This document shows positions 38,218 to 51,600 of a stretch of 64,000 nt of DNA, in pieces. This stretch comes from Botryllus schlosseri. Taxonomy: Eukaryota. Both the position numbers and the translations under genes were made by a program. Where the stretch lies: assembly GCA_051294905.1 (NCBI GenBank), contig CM119372.1, positions 1,426,001-1,490,000 of the forward strand, given 5' to 3'. Below the pieces are notes generated by a model. That model was not told where the DNA came from. It saw only the letters and a program-made list of their open reading frames with translations, and did not search any database. Numbering within the stretch: the first letter of the stretch is position 1; every line of letters starts with the position of its first letter.

Positions 38218-38589
38218 CAGTGGCTCCCAACCTTTTTCGACTGATCGCCCCCTTTTCAAGCTCAACACCGATCATCGCCCCCCTAATTTTGTGAACCGAC
38301 AAATGGGCATACAAACTGTGATCACCGGCGGGTTGACTAAAAAAAAGGTCAAATTTTCGGCTCGATGTCGAATTTTACACTTACTTTTGCAACTAAATTT
38401 TCGTGGATTGACTAAAACAATTTCTCCGATTTTACTCCAATATAGCCGTTTTAACGCGTCTTCGCCACCTGTCGCGCCCTACGCTATTTTCGCCCCCTGT
38501 CGCCCCCTTTATCCATTTTCGCCCCCTATCGCCCCCTTCGCCATTTTCGCCCCCCTAGACCGCCAAATCGCCCACGTTGGGAACCACTG
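38218..38589. mobile_element. hAT MITE with TCGCCCCC subterminal repeats
   Basis: cagtggctcccaac/gttgggaaccactg; TSD GTCTAGAT/GGCTAGAT; inverted partial copy at about 57775-58096. Confidence 0.88.
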
Positions 38590-39507
38590 GGCTAGATAGT
38601 ATTTACAGCTGTGAAGCGGTTAAAATCAAGAACCGTCATACGTTGGCAGTGTTACGCCAGCGCGATTTAATCCGATTAGTCTGTAGCGATGGATTGAAGG
38701 ACTGCACGACTTCGGTAACTTTTCGCGATTGATATGATATTTATAATCAGCGGATGATTAGCACACTTGATTTAATTGATTAGTTGGATTCATTGATATG
38801 TGCTTGCAATGGTCCGTGAACATGTAAGCATGCGACACAACGACATGAGAAACTTAGGAATACGACACTAGGGCATGCGACATTCGATTCAGAGTTGGAA
38901 AACTAGGGAAATTTTCAGTATTTCACACTATAGATTCGAAGTATGACCACATAATTTTCTCCATATTATATTAAAATTAGAAATACTGAATTCGCAAAAA
39001 CTTGGAAATTGAGGTAAATCAAGAACAAGGCATAAACACAACAAAAATCAAATTCGGCTCGTATAAAATCAGAGTTCATTCTCACAGGTATGAGAATGGT
39101 TGATGTCTGTACAACATGCTTTGCTCGTCCTCCTGTAGCATTTTCAGGAAAATTAAAAAAAAAACAGATATTGGATTATTATTAAAATGAGAGCATATAA
39201 AATCATTTCACAATAAATTAGATTGGAATAAGACTACCTGCATTTCGCTCTAATTATTTCTAATTCTGATTATAAAGTTGATTTAAGTTTTGGTTCCGGT
39301 TATGGATGGGGTTAGGGCTAAGGTTAGCGCCAGCGGTAGTTTTGCTGTTACAAACTCACATGCTCCAGGGCCCGTTGTTCAACCATATCGTTTTCATCGT
39401 GTCGTACGCTCCAGTGTTCGAAGCTGTTGCATTATCATTCGCTGCATACTCATGTGGGGCGTGTGGGCTGCCTTTGATCGATAATTTTTGGCAATCACTC
39501 TCGACAG

Positions 39508-42500
39508 ATCTGGAAGCAAGCCAAAGGAACACGAATACTCGATGGGTGCTGACGTACGTGTCAATAGCCTCGCTGATGAGGATGTGTCACGTAGGTACAG
39601 AATATCTTTCCGAACGCTTCGAAATCACCTTCTCGAGGACTTGGCATAGAACAGTGGTTCTTAACCTATAGGAACCTGCAGAACCCTAAAGTTAATCTGC
39701 AAGAATCCACAAACCGCCTTAATAGAGAAGAATGGCAATAAACTTTCAATACATAACTATAGAATACTAGTGAACAAACTGAACTACTCAGCAATAACAT
39801 TGCTATAGGAACAGGGCCATTAAACAAGATTGATGTTCGAATAAAATAAAATGATGATATTGAATATTTATGGCAAATTATCGTGACTTCTGCTGCGTGA
39901 GTCGTGTGTGTGTGTGTGTGTGTGTCTGTGTCGTGACCTCCTGCGATCCCCATAGACTCGCTTAACTAATCCGTGCTTATAAGAATCACTGCAACAGACA
40001 ATCGGTCGTCTTTTTGCCTCACTTGGTATTCGTCTCAACCCCAGATTTGAACGGATACGTCGTTTGATCTCATATAACTGATATCCAAAGCTAGTCAAAG
40101 TATCCATCGTTAGTACTCAAGTAGAATCGACGTAGTAAATTTCTATTCAAGTACAAGTTGAAATAGTGATTTCCAAGTAAGTATTCCAGGCGTAGTTCTG
40201 CATAAAAACACTTACAACTATAGGGTTACCATATTTTGAGATCTTAAAAGAATTAAAGGACAATTTATTCACTTCATATACTTTATACACAAAATATTAA
40301 TGATTACTCCGACAAGTAGAAGTAGCCTAATTCTTTACTGACCGCGTCTGCGGGTATCTTTGCGATTTCGGCACGTTTCGAAAATCGTTTAGTAGCCTAC
40401 CTCATTCTGAAAGTTTTGTTCATTGGTGCTGCTTTTTGTTGAATATGTAATGAAGGCAAGAAAGACCGATTGTGATTACTTCAGGGCCTCTTTATTTCGA
40501 TTCCTGGACCGACTCTTCAATTTTTGGCGTTGATCACGGACTCCACGGTCGAGAGAATTTCCGCAGTTTTCAGCGGGATGTCGATTGGAGTCTTTTTAGG
40601 AGGGTTACTTTACAGCGTGCTCGTATCCAAGGCCAAGGACTTCAGGCCCATGTTGACTTTAGGTAAGAGATACAACGACCTCGAATTTTGTGGATCGATG
40701 ACTACACGACAGCCCAGAGCATTGTCATCAAGTAGAATGAAATCGGTATGGCCGAAAAAATACCAGAGTATCATTTATGAGAAGGATAACAGGTATTATA
40801 TTCTCCGTGGGGGCATAACGGCACATATTTGAGCTTTGTCGTAATGTACTCTGTTATGACGTCATAATGAGTGTAACTCGATTACTCGACTCGAAGCATC
40901 ATATACGTGATTCAGAAACGAATCACTCAGGTACTCGACTTTGCCCAGCCCGAGCCGTGAACAGCAAATTGCATTTCAGGCCTTGCAACGATGATGCTCG
41001 GCTTTATCATGATCTGTACACCGTTTATCCGTTCAACAGTTCTGCTAGCTATGTGCCTCACATTCGGAGGAGTCATGCATGGATACGGCGGTACCGGTAA
41101 GTTTGACCTCAACGCCCCCAAGATACGCCTTATAGAGAGAGAGAGTCTTTATTTTCATCGAACCAAAATACATAACAAACGGCAGTGATGGTGGTACAGA
41201 AAATATGCATGCACAGTATTCGGTATTAGTTAGGAATGATTGATAAGACCGTGAAGGTCATCTAGTCTGATCACACCAGCATCAAACAGGTACACTTGAC
41301 TCTGGACAGTCTGGCTGTAAAGAAATGTTTAGTTAAAGGAAAATAGAAAAAATTAAACAATGGTGGCAAATGATCAATGAAGCAATGTCTGGGCGAGGTA
41401 GGGCAACAGTGTTAGTGTAACGACAAGAGGTGATCAAGTAGGGCTTTTTTGAATCTATTATAAGGCAATTCACGGATATGTGGGGGTAATGCATTCCAGA
41501 TGATAGGTCCCGAGTAGTCGATAGATATCTTAGTTAGGTTGCTATTGGGTGGGGGTAAGTAGATGTTTCCTTTAGACGAGGATCTCGTGTAATGGGAATG
41601 GACATGTTTAGCAGGTATGAAAAAGTCATCAAACACAGGAGGCAGACTATTGGAAAAATATTTGTGAACAACTTTTGATACTTCGAAGCGATATAGTTCA
41701 TCAACTCGCAAAATTCGATGCTTACGGTAGTAAGGCGATAAATTGGTACGTAAAGGTACAGATGAGATCAGCCGTATCGCACGGTTTTGCAGGGTTCGAA
41801 TTCTGCACAAAAATGTTGTGCATGCATTTCCCCATACTAGGATTCCATATTGCAGATGAGAGTGGAAAAGAGAGAAGTAGATGGTTCGTAGCACTGATCT
41901 GGAAACCAAAGATTGGAGACGGGTCATTATTCCCACACACCGAGCTAGTTATAGTTAGAGGTGGTTACGGTAGTCACATTAGTATTTGAGAAAAAGTAGC
42001 GCCTTTAATTTGTACTCAAGTTACAAATACTTACAAGTTACTTTGCGTCTGAAAAGTACTGAAATAAGTATATTTTCATTAAGTAGATTTCGTCGAGACG
42101 TCGAATTTACTTTTAGTAATCGATTTAAGGTGGTTACTTTCGGAATTGCATTGTGCGTTTTCACGATCACGCAAAATATCCAACGACGAAATAAATTAGA
42201 TTTTTTGAAAATACGATCAGTTACGGTAGTGAAGCGCTATTTCGTCCAGTCTTTATAACATATCCCAAAGCGACTTTTTACAAAATGCTATGTGCAAAAA
42301 GACAGCTGTTTATCCTGAAACTGTTTAAGTAGAAGTTGGAGTAGTAAAAAAACAGAACCACTCTATAATAAGAAGTGCAAACAAACAAAACCTGAGTATA
42401 CTAAATAATAAATATATATTAAAATATATATAAATGTGAAAGTATCTCTAGACGTACCTGTCGACAACCATTGCCTTTAGTCGAGTCTAGTACCTCGGAG

Positions 42501-42917
42501 GATTACAACGCACACGCCCTCCTTTAGGAATATCTGTCCTCACTTTTCAAGAAATCAAAAAGGTCCCCCAAGGACGCCCAAATGTCACCCTTTTTGGGAT
42601 TCGTCCTCCTCAATAGCGGAATACGAAGTTCGACGGCAGTGACGACAAGAGTGTCGTCGTTTTCGGATCTCGAAACAAGGCAACCCTATTTGATCAGTGT
42701 ATTGAGTGGTGCATTGGATTCTCAATTTCGTTTATTGTTTCACTGTAGTAGGCTGCATGTTACCAATAAGGCGGTAAACGAACTTACACATAATAATTTT
42801 GATCGACAGGCATACAAGCCGTGTATTTGAAGAAATGGGGAGATATCGGCTCGCGTTCGTTTGTTCAACTACATCATTTCTCCGGGGGGATCGGCATGTT
42901 TCTGGCGCCACTTATCG
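39508..42917 (+). CDS. MFSD4: MFSD4-like transporter copy B, N-terminal part only (TM1-5); exons 39508-39590, 40485-40662, 40980-41096, 42810-42917; first exon and 3' half not found
   Basis: Exon lengths 178/117/108 and phases are identical to copy A. Open frame WVLTYVSIASLMRMCH-GLFISIPGPTLQFLA...GIQAVYLKKWGDIGSRSFVQLHHFSGGIGMFLAPLI. No downstream homologous exons seen before copy C starts. Confidence 0.8.
39904..39925. repeat. (GT)n microsatellite
   Basis: About 11 GT units. Confidence 0.9.
41134..41940 (-). mobile_element. 5'-truncated young CR1/L2-group LINE, antisense in a copy B intron
   Basis: Uninterrupted ORF 41412-41936 (IYFSLFHSHLQYGILVWG...LQNRAIR...YSGPIIWNALP), 3' UTR, AATAAA and (CT)n tail. 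Confidence 0.9.
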
Positions 42918-43458
42918 GTATAATGCTATGAAATACGCCAATGAACCGAAACAAGCCATTGAACTATACCTTAGAGCTGGACACGGCAATTCGGTTGCTC
43001 GAATCCGAAGCGAGTATCAATCGCAATGATACGAAATGAGTAGAGACAGGCCATCGATAGAAATTATACGTCCCCTTTCTCCAGAAGTTATTTCACCATA
43101 GAGAATTATAGTCTGCATACCTTCAACCCGCGGCGAGACCTTTAAAACCTATAGCTACTTCGCATCACAACATCCAACTGCTTAAAGCATTCTCATGGAA
43201 TGGATATTTTTGTGAAAAAGTGATCGATTCGCAGCAGCGTTACGAATCGCCAGGAAAGGGATGGCGTGTACGCGAACCTTTTTGAAAGGTTCTGCGTGAA
43301 CGCAATCGTGAACCTAATGACGTAACGTGACGTTATATTTCTCATTCCATTCCAACCCTACATTTTAGTGAAGTGCTGAAGTAGTTGATTAATGTACTGT
43401 ACACGATACCTAGCGACGACTCAGGCCCTTTATGCCACAATGCTGAAGTACACTATAC

Positions 43459-44804
43459 CAGTGGCTCTCAACCGCCGGTCCGCGGACCGGTGCCAGTCCG
43501 CGACGACATTCCTCCTGGTCCGCGAGGTACATTGCAATTTTATACTTCAATTACAAGATGTAATGTTGAACGCTTGTCCAATGATAGAATAATTAAAAAA
43601 TCAAATTTTAAAATAATTCAGAAGTTCGTGAGGTATCATTAGGGCTTGAAACATGTTCGATTTGACTTAAAGTTCAAGACGTGTTATTTGACGAGCAACA
43701 AGTACAGAACAGGCACGAACTGACTCATCGCTAAACAGCGCAGTTTGCGCGATCATTCGTTTTCGATTCATTCATTTTGTGTTGGACCGTAACTGGGGCA
43801 CCCGAAACCGCCCAATTGGAGAGGGGTCGAGCTTTAAAAGTGCCGAAAATTAACTTGCAAATGAACCTAAATCATAGCGTATTTTTCTGAAACTTTTTGC
43901 AACATTTTCAATTACTTTTCGCGCTTTGCGCGATTTAGTGTCACTAAATATCTTGCTTATTAGGTGCCCTTCTCCGAGATATAGGCCTACGCATAATTTA
44001 TAGAAATAGGCATTTCGGCGTCAGCCATTACCGCGTCACGACGTACCAACCCCTAATGAAGTATAGGCTAACACGGAACTCCGAAGTGTGTGCCGAAAAT
44101 TCGGCGGCGAGAAAACCAATTCAGTCACGAATGATCGATAATATTCGGTATTGCTGCGATTAAGCTACATAAACTCTCTGCTTACACCGAGTAGAATGAA
44201 TGTGGTCACAAGTACAGGTGAAAACATCCACCGAACTGTAGGGTGTGGGGGTGAATCCCCAGGAAGTTGGGCTTATCTTCCAGTGGGGGACCAAGACCAA
44301 CGTTTTTTGGGGTGCATGGGCTAACGAAGTTCTTTTGCGGCCCGGATTTCCGGATGGCCAGGATAGTAGCTGCAAGGTGTTTTCCTGCGGCACACATTGT
44401 ATTCGTATAGTTGCCAGAGTAGCGTATGCGTCTGATGGAAGTGGGCAATGAGCAAAGTAGCACGGCAAGGTGCTTGGTTCGACTTGGTTCGAGTTGGCGT
44501 GATCGTTTAAACCCACGGCATTCGGCGCGAAAGACTGTAAACTGTAAACTGCACGTTTATCTGGATAAGGCAATTCTATCTCGACTCAGCAGACTGACTA
44601 CCATAAAATTGCATGGATGCTATCATAAAGATAATTAATTACGATCAAAACCCTTTAAATGTCACCCTCTAGCACCATATAATTGCAAAAAACGGTTGCA
44701 TACTTTACATGTTGGCTTCATTTCAATTTTCGAAGTGCACCGGTCCGCCAGACATTTTTAAAAGTTTTACCGGTCCGCGAGGTGAAAAAGGTTGATAACT
44801 ACTG
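43459..44804. mobile_element. hAT MITE (GGTCCGCG subterminal type), probably with internal insertions
   Basis: cagtggctctcaacc/ggttgataactactg; partial TSD CACTATAC/CTATAC. Confidence 0.7.
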
Positions 44805-44810
44805 CTATAC

Positions 44811-45530
44811 ATCAAAGATCTGTTTCATGTATATCCACAAGATCAGTCGAATCAGGAACTACCTATCTGAGGATGCATGCAAAGCCATAATACTGTCGCT
44901 GGTGATATTACGGTTTGACTATGGAAATGCTCTGCTTTACGGGGTAAACCAAAATTGCATCGACAAGCTACAAAAGATCCAAAACATCGCTGCTCGTTTG
45001 GTAACTCGGTCAAGGAAACGTGATCACGTAACGCCAATACTCAGATCCCTTCATTGGTTACCTGAGAAATTTAGGTCTGAACACGAACTTCTTCTGTACG
45101 TCTTCAAATGCATGGAGGGAAGTGCACCAACGTATCTTCGTGAGCTAGTGTCAATGTATAATTGCGGAAGAGCGGTATGTTCTCAGTCGCAAAAACTCTT
45201 ATCAGTTCCAAGAGTCAGAACATCGACCTACGGCGAGAGAATCTTTTCTTCCTCGGCCGCCATTCTGTGGAACAATCTTCCATTTTCTATCAGACCATGT
45301 GACTCGCCATATGTTTTCAAACGCAATTTCAAGACCGTTCTATTCACACGAGCGATCGAACCAGTGTAGTGTTCATTCCGCCCTACAACTATGCACTCCG
45401 TCTTTTATACATATCGTTTACTTTTATATTTTATCGCCTTTTATGTACAGCGCCCTAGCGTAGTAACGATATATTGTTATATTCGGCGCTCTATACAAAT
45501 TATTATATTAATATTACATTATTATTAATA
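44811..45530 (+). mobile_element. L2-like LINE 3' end
   Basis: ISRIRNYLS...RFDYGNALLYG...KLQKIQNIAARLV...DHVTPILRSLHWLP...LWNNLP to stop 45369, then an AT-rich (ATT)-type tail. Confidence 0.88.
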
Positions 45531-46434
45531 TCATATAGGGAGGGGTGCCTAAAAAAGTTCTAAAACCACTGTTTTAGAGTCTTAATAGAAGAACGTGGAT
45601 AGGGATTGAAGATAGCTAAAATGTATCATGTTTAACATTGTTTCGAATCATGACAGCTAATAGATATTTGTTAAATTAACTGTCACTTTCTCATTACCTA
45701 ATATCAACACATTCACTGGGCATCATTTTTAACAATATAATTTAGAAATATACAATTAAATACGCGGAAGAACATAACTAAATTTTTCACTCGGCCCGCC
45801 AACGTATTGATTTTTCTCATTCGGCCCGCGAAGGAAAATACTTTCCCACCACTGCCCTAGGGTGTACATTTATTTTTAAAGGGTGTACCACTAAGGGGGG
45901 TGCACTGGGTTGTATCGGATCCGCATTAAAATGGACCAATGACTAGCTATCCCAATAACTAGTCAAGTTTATGCTTCAGAATATGTTGACCAGGAGTGCA
46001 ATATCGTAAAATGTCCGTACCAGCTGTTGGCAGCTTGTAAATTATATTCATTTCGTGATATCATAAATAAATGCTTCCCCTCATCATATACAAGTTAGTA
46101 AATGACTTATTGGATTCTTTTGGATGGAGGTAACATGTGTTCAGCTCTGTCTATAACGATTTCTGAGGAAACCGCGCCAAGAGCTCAGACATTTTGATTG
46201 GTACTTGCCGCGAGATGCTTATAAATAGCGCAGTGTGCATAATTGCAGGGGCGCTGCCCTAGGGTCTCGCGGGATCGAGTTTGAGAACCACTGTGCTAGA
46301 TGATGGTCCGGTAACATCGAACCCTGATTAGGAGTTATCATTTTCAATACGTTGCAGCCTTGCTCATCCATATTTCAACAGGCCGCGGGTGGCCAACCTG
46401 CACACATACGGTCTCATGCAGCCGTTAAACGTGA

Positions 46435-46552
46435 GGCGAGATAGCGTAGCGGTATAATCCATAGCTGCAACACCAATGGGTTGCGGGTCCGACCCAGGTC
46501 AACTCCAGAAGTCCTAAATAAGTGTTGAAGGTTTATCTAGACTCCTCCTCGC
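46435..46552 (+). mobile_element. tRNA-derived SINE head
   Basis: A box TAGCGTAGCGG, B-box-like GGTCCGACCC at tRNA-like spacing; homologous to 26676-26783; no complete cloverleaf. Confidence 0.6.
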
Positions 46553-47374
46553 AATCGGCACCAAGCTCTATCTATCGCGGACATTTACCTGAATATCTGC
46601 CTTTTCAAAAAAAAATTATGAACGTACAAAATTTGTTGCTCGAACATATCATCGGTTCCCACCCGGTGGGTCCAAAGGCACACGGCCATGGGACCTATGA
46701 TACACACGCTCAAAAACTCACGGCGATTGCGGTGACTTAAATAGCCCAGAAAGTACAGTGAGCTTGAAAGCCGCAGCAAAGATCCGATTTATGATGAACG
46801 ACTGATTTGTGGAAGACGGAGTGCAAGAAAAGCCGCCATGGAAAAATTGCATTGAATTGTTGAAATTGCCATTGTGGCAACGTGGTGGAGCCTCTTAAGG
46901 CTATAAGCACCTCTAGCCTGGAGCAGGTATAACTACTCGGAATTGACAGTAACAGAAGAGAAGCAAAACGACATAAAGACAAAATAAATTATGTGATAAT
47001 ATAATTGTTTGCATAATCTCATCACACCATACCACGATAGCGAAACCACCGAGATAAGCACGTGTATGTTGATTGTCGAATCCCGCGCATTGATCAAGGA
47101 AACTGCTACAGAACAATGTAAACATCCTGAAGAATATTGATATGCTTTTTCCGTTCATATAGCTGCAATGCAATTTCAGCTTTCAATTATACCGAGCAAT
47201 TTGCTGGAGTAAAAGAATCGACAGTACCTTTATGCTGACAGGAACATTGGGATTATAATTCAGTGGATAGCAAGGATTTACGCGCCAAATTGACGAATCT
47301 GACAAGATATTGATGCACAGAGAAAGTTGTTATGAAGGGAAAATGACATTTGCTACCATCTTTTATTATTTTGT

Positions 47375-47558
47375 TACAGCCAGACTGCGCTTAGACAAGT
47401 GTATTTGACTGATACGGGTGTGATCAGACCAGTTATCGTATCGATCATTCCTATCTGATACCGAATACTGAGCATGGGTATTTTCTGTACCACCATTATT
47501 GTTGCCTGTTTGTTATGTATTTCGGTTGGATGAAAATAAAGACTCTCTCTCTCTCTCT
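47375..47558 (+). repeat. Diverged 3' tail of the (CT)n-tailed LINE
   Basis: ttacagccagactg...aataaagactctctctc matches 24320-24511. Confidence 0.8.
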
Positions 47559-48620
47559 CCTATGTTATGTATAAGCATCCGTTACAGTTACTGTCTACTG
47601 ACTGAGTGATTGGTTGGAGACACAGAACAGATATTTCTCCAACATTGCAGCATGCATGAAAAGATTACATTACTGGACAATGGTTAGTGCAATGTATTTG
47701 AGGTCTGATGATATGTACGCTTTTTTGGTGTGCCTGACTTGGGTGTTGAGATATACGCCTACATAGGTGAAGATTATCACTGTGTACAACGACTCGAGTA
47801 CTCGGACCTAGTTGGTATTATCGCAACACGCGAAGCAACGCATGCTAGTTGAAATGACATATTCGTGATAGTCGTGATCAACAGCATTGACACAAAGTGA
47901 TATGAAATAGATATGGCTGGAAAATAATTCCAATAAATCTTTAATGTGAAGTAAAACCGGCATTATATTCGTTCAGGCACTTGATTCAGCCCAGCCCCAG
48001 ATATAGACATAGAATGTCATCGTTGAAAGACTGAATATATTAATTTGTGACAGATCACCGTGAAAGGCGAGATCAGAAAAACCTTGTGTGGGTCGTGCTA
48101 TTCGTAACGGTCTCATCGCTCGCCATGAGTTGTGGTGTGAGTATTACGAATTCGAATGGTTAGTCGTAATTGGGCTGCCCTGTTGATGCATATGCGTCTG
48201 ATCACAGTCAATAAGGATAAAACCCGCCCAATTACCATGAACAGATGGTTTGCACACAGTATTTGAGAATCGTGTGTGTATATCATCAATGGGTGAAGAT
48301 GAGTCAAATACACCATACTATATCGATATATTTCCCCAGGGACTATCGTGGATTATGTTTTTATATGCCACCGTAAGATGTCCAAAAAAGGAGTGACACT
48401 CAACCTGAGCCCACCATACACCCCTGGGCTGGGATATATCTCCATAAAGATTGGCATATGCGACTCGTTTTCACCCATTACAAGGGTGTCAAAACACGAT
48501 TTGGTACCAGAGACTTCAGTCTACCTGTTTTAGACTCCACGTTATCGTGGAAATCCGATAAATACACCTATATTCGACCCATGGATCTGCGGTGCATGTA
48601 GCTGCCACACAATAGTACAG

Positions 48621-51600
48621 AGCGCATCAAAGTAGAATGTATGGCAGAAGAGTTATTATGTATGCTTTTCATTGCTAAGGTAAGTGTTGAAACTCGAGGT
48701 ACACCAATAGCTAGAAAAGCGGTTGATAGGTAGCCTAATTCGGGTCTTAATAGAGAAATCATGGTATTGTAGTGCACGTTTGCATAGGTATTATAGGCAG
48801 AGTTGAGTAATGTTGTTGCCCAGGTCATGAGTATTTCCATCCCTAGGAAGGATGACGATCAAATTTCGGGGCTGTTTCCACGGAGTACCAACATTTAATA
48901 TTCATAAAAGTCAAGTAAAGCCCAGAGCCTTTGTTGCGCTTCGCGCGCAGTAGTTATGGAGTCACAAATATGTTTTCACAAAAGTATTATTGAATATAAT
49001 TTAGGTACCGGATTGCGTGGTTCCGCTCACACCGCATTGTCACCCATATCAAATGTTTCAACACAGTAAATATGACCCACCATAACGTTTGAAACTATCG
49101 CTTCGCAATCTAGCAATTACCTATCATATCGCAATCTAGCAGCCCATGAAGAAACAGCAACAAAGACGTTATTCCGATTACGAGAAACCTGCATTGGCGC
49201 AACAAAAGAAGCCTTCAGATATCGATAGTGACCTAAAAAATATGTTTTACTGTATTTTACCTATATGTAAGTTATTTTATTTTAATAATCCCCGATTTCA
49301 GCCTTGAAAAGTATTGCATTTGCAAATTACATCAAAATCATTTTCACGAGGCTATTTCAATGTCATTGACTCATTTCCAAGCAATCAATGCGACATTCAT
49401 TTTTCATTAATTAGCAGTTCCACTATCTATACCAGTGGTTCTCGACCTTATTGTCCTCGTGGACCCGGACCCCTTTTGGATAGTCACGGACCCCCGCAGG
49501 TTTAGTTCAAATTTAGCTCAATTATAGTGCAATCGTCATCTGTCTTGTGCAGATGATAACCGTAAGCTACTGATAAACAGAAGCAAAATGAAATTTCTTG
49601 AAAATAACATCATACTATTTATGTAGAAATTGCGTTGACTTTTATTATTTCAAAGCGAATTCTGCAACTGCATTTCTTGACAGCCACGGTCCTGTCTTGA
49701 AAATCCGCACCTTCGATTTGATATGAACGAGTGCCGAAGATCCTTTCCACACAGATAGGTGATTGCATAACGCGTAACACTCCCGACGACACATTCGGGT
49801 GTGATCGCAACAAATATGGCGCCAAAATTGACAAAGAAATTTTCTAATGAAAATATAACGTCAAACCTGTTCATTTGTACGTAGCAGCTCATTTTGAAGT
49901 TATTATGGAAAAATGTATGTATATCACAAAAGAAAATGGATTTTTGTAAACATTTCGAAGTCACCGTGATTGACCTTCCTAATTCAACTTTTTTATTTTT
50001 CCCACAATCCCCAACAAAGCACCACTGAACAGCAAAATAATTGTATCAGTAGGCTATTGGCAATTTAGCAATTAAAATGAGTCTTTCTGACCATTCCGTT
50101 GATTTCAGTTTTACCAGTAATGAAGCGAAACTGCCTCGTGATTTTCGTAATTCAAATAAATACAAATTAAATTTTCAACTATTTTGTAAATTTAGAGGCT
50201 TCGTAAACCTCCCTGTTGAGAACCACTGATCTATACTGTATTACAGGCCGTAATGAAGATGTAAACCCGAAAAAAAACATCATGTACCCTGCAGGCATGT
50301 CTGGAACACGATCTTTTGTCATTTACAAGTGTCGAAATTTGCTGCCGGAAAGATCATATTTGAAAAAAATGGTCGAAAATTGAATTTAAGATTGCACGGC
50401 TTCCACCGGTCGGAATTGACCCAAATTTGGTGTGTAGCGTTTTTCCAGGCAACCTGACAGTTTTATCATTAAGCAAGTTGAATTTGAAAAAAGAGAGTTA
50501 CTTTTGAAACAACCCTAATGTACACTCTTTTCACTAAGAGAGTAAAGGACATTATAAGGACTGTCTTCACAGGGGCTTTTCATGTCGATTACCGGACCAA
50601 CGTTGCAATTCCTGGCGGTAAACACGGATTCAAGAATCGATCAAGTGTCCGTAGTACTCGCTGTACGATCTGTCGGAGCATTTGTTGGAGCTGTCATTTT
50701 CAGCGCTCTTTCGTCCTCTATGAATAGATCACATCACGTATGGAGCTTGAGTAAGAGACAGATTATGAACAGGGTTGGACAACTAGAAAATTTTCAGCTT
50801 TTCCAGTAGTAGATTTACTGAATTTACAAAAACTTGTGAATTGAATTAAATTCAAGAGGACACTTGAATTCATACCAAATTGGAGTTCACTTTCTCAAGC
50901 ATGAGATTGGAAAATGTATGTATATCAAGCTTGGCTCGTTTGGCACTACACAGTTCTCGTGTAACATTTTCAGGAAAACCGGAAATTAGATTAGTTTAAC
51001 CTGAGAGCATAGAAACCTTTCAGAATTTAGATTAGAATTTGTCTACCGACATTCCGTTCTAATTAGTATAATTCGGCAACTAGAATTATCTAGTCGTCCA
51101 AGTCTGGTTATGACTTATGAGGACCTGATAAGCACGTCGTTGACCTTGAACTAATTCTTTCAGCTTTCACTTCGCTGGCACTAGGCGCTCTGCTGACTGT
51201 CACTCCGTTTCTTCACTCAAGGGCACTGCTTGGAGTTGTCGAAGCCGTCGGTGGAATCATATACGGGTACTTCCTTTGTGGTGAGATGCAGCACTTAGAA
51301 ATGTTGGCCATGTACCGACTATAAAGGTGCGCTCCTCTCGATTGATCATTTGTGTGGTGAATTCTTGTGCGCGATTGTCTCGTCCTTAACATTTAGTTAA
51401 ACCAATTATGACTTGATTACCTGTCTTCTTCTCTATATATTGTCTCACTCCTAATTTCTCGTATTTTGTTACCTTATAGTTGCTGACTCGACTCGAATGC
51501 CCTAAATGTAGTAACTCTGCCCAAAAAATACTCTTCCTTATTTTATTAAAGAAATTATTGGTGGTTCCCTCAAGCTTCGAGTATGGTTTGTAGAAGAAAA

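Noticed and set aside
44284..44305. 22-bp identity with 22458-22479 (TGGGGGACCAAGACCAACGTTT)
   Set aside because: Both lie inside transposon interiors and the homology does not extend. Most likely a relic of another small repeat, with no supportable function.
44683..45369. 228-aa ORF as a host gene
   Set aside because: Chance fusion of a MITE end with an L2 ORF2 C-terminal fragment.
46435..46510. Functional tRNA gene
   Set aside because: A and B boxes are present but there is no proper cloverleaf, and the body is shared with a degenerate second copy, as expected for a SINE.
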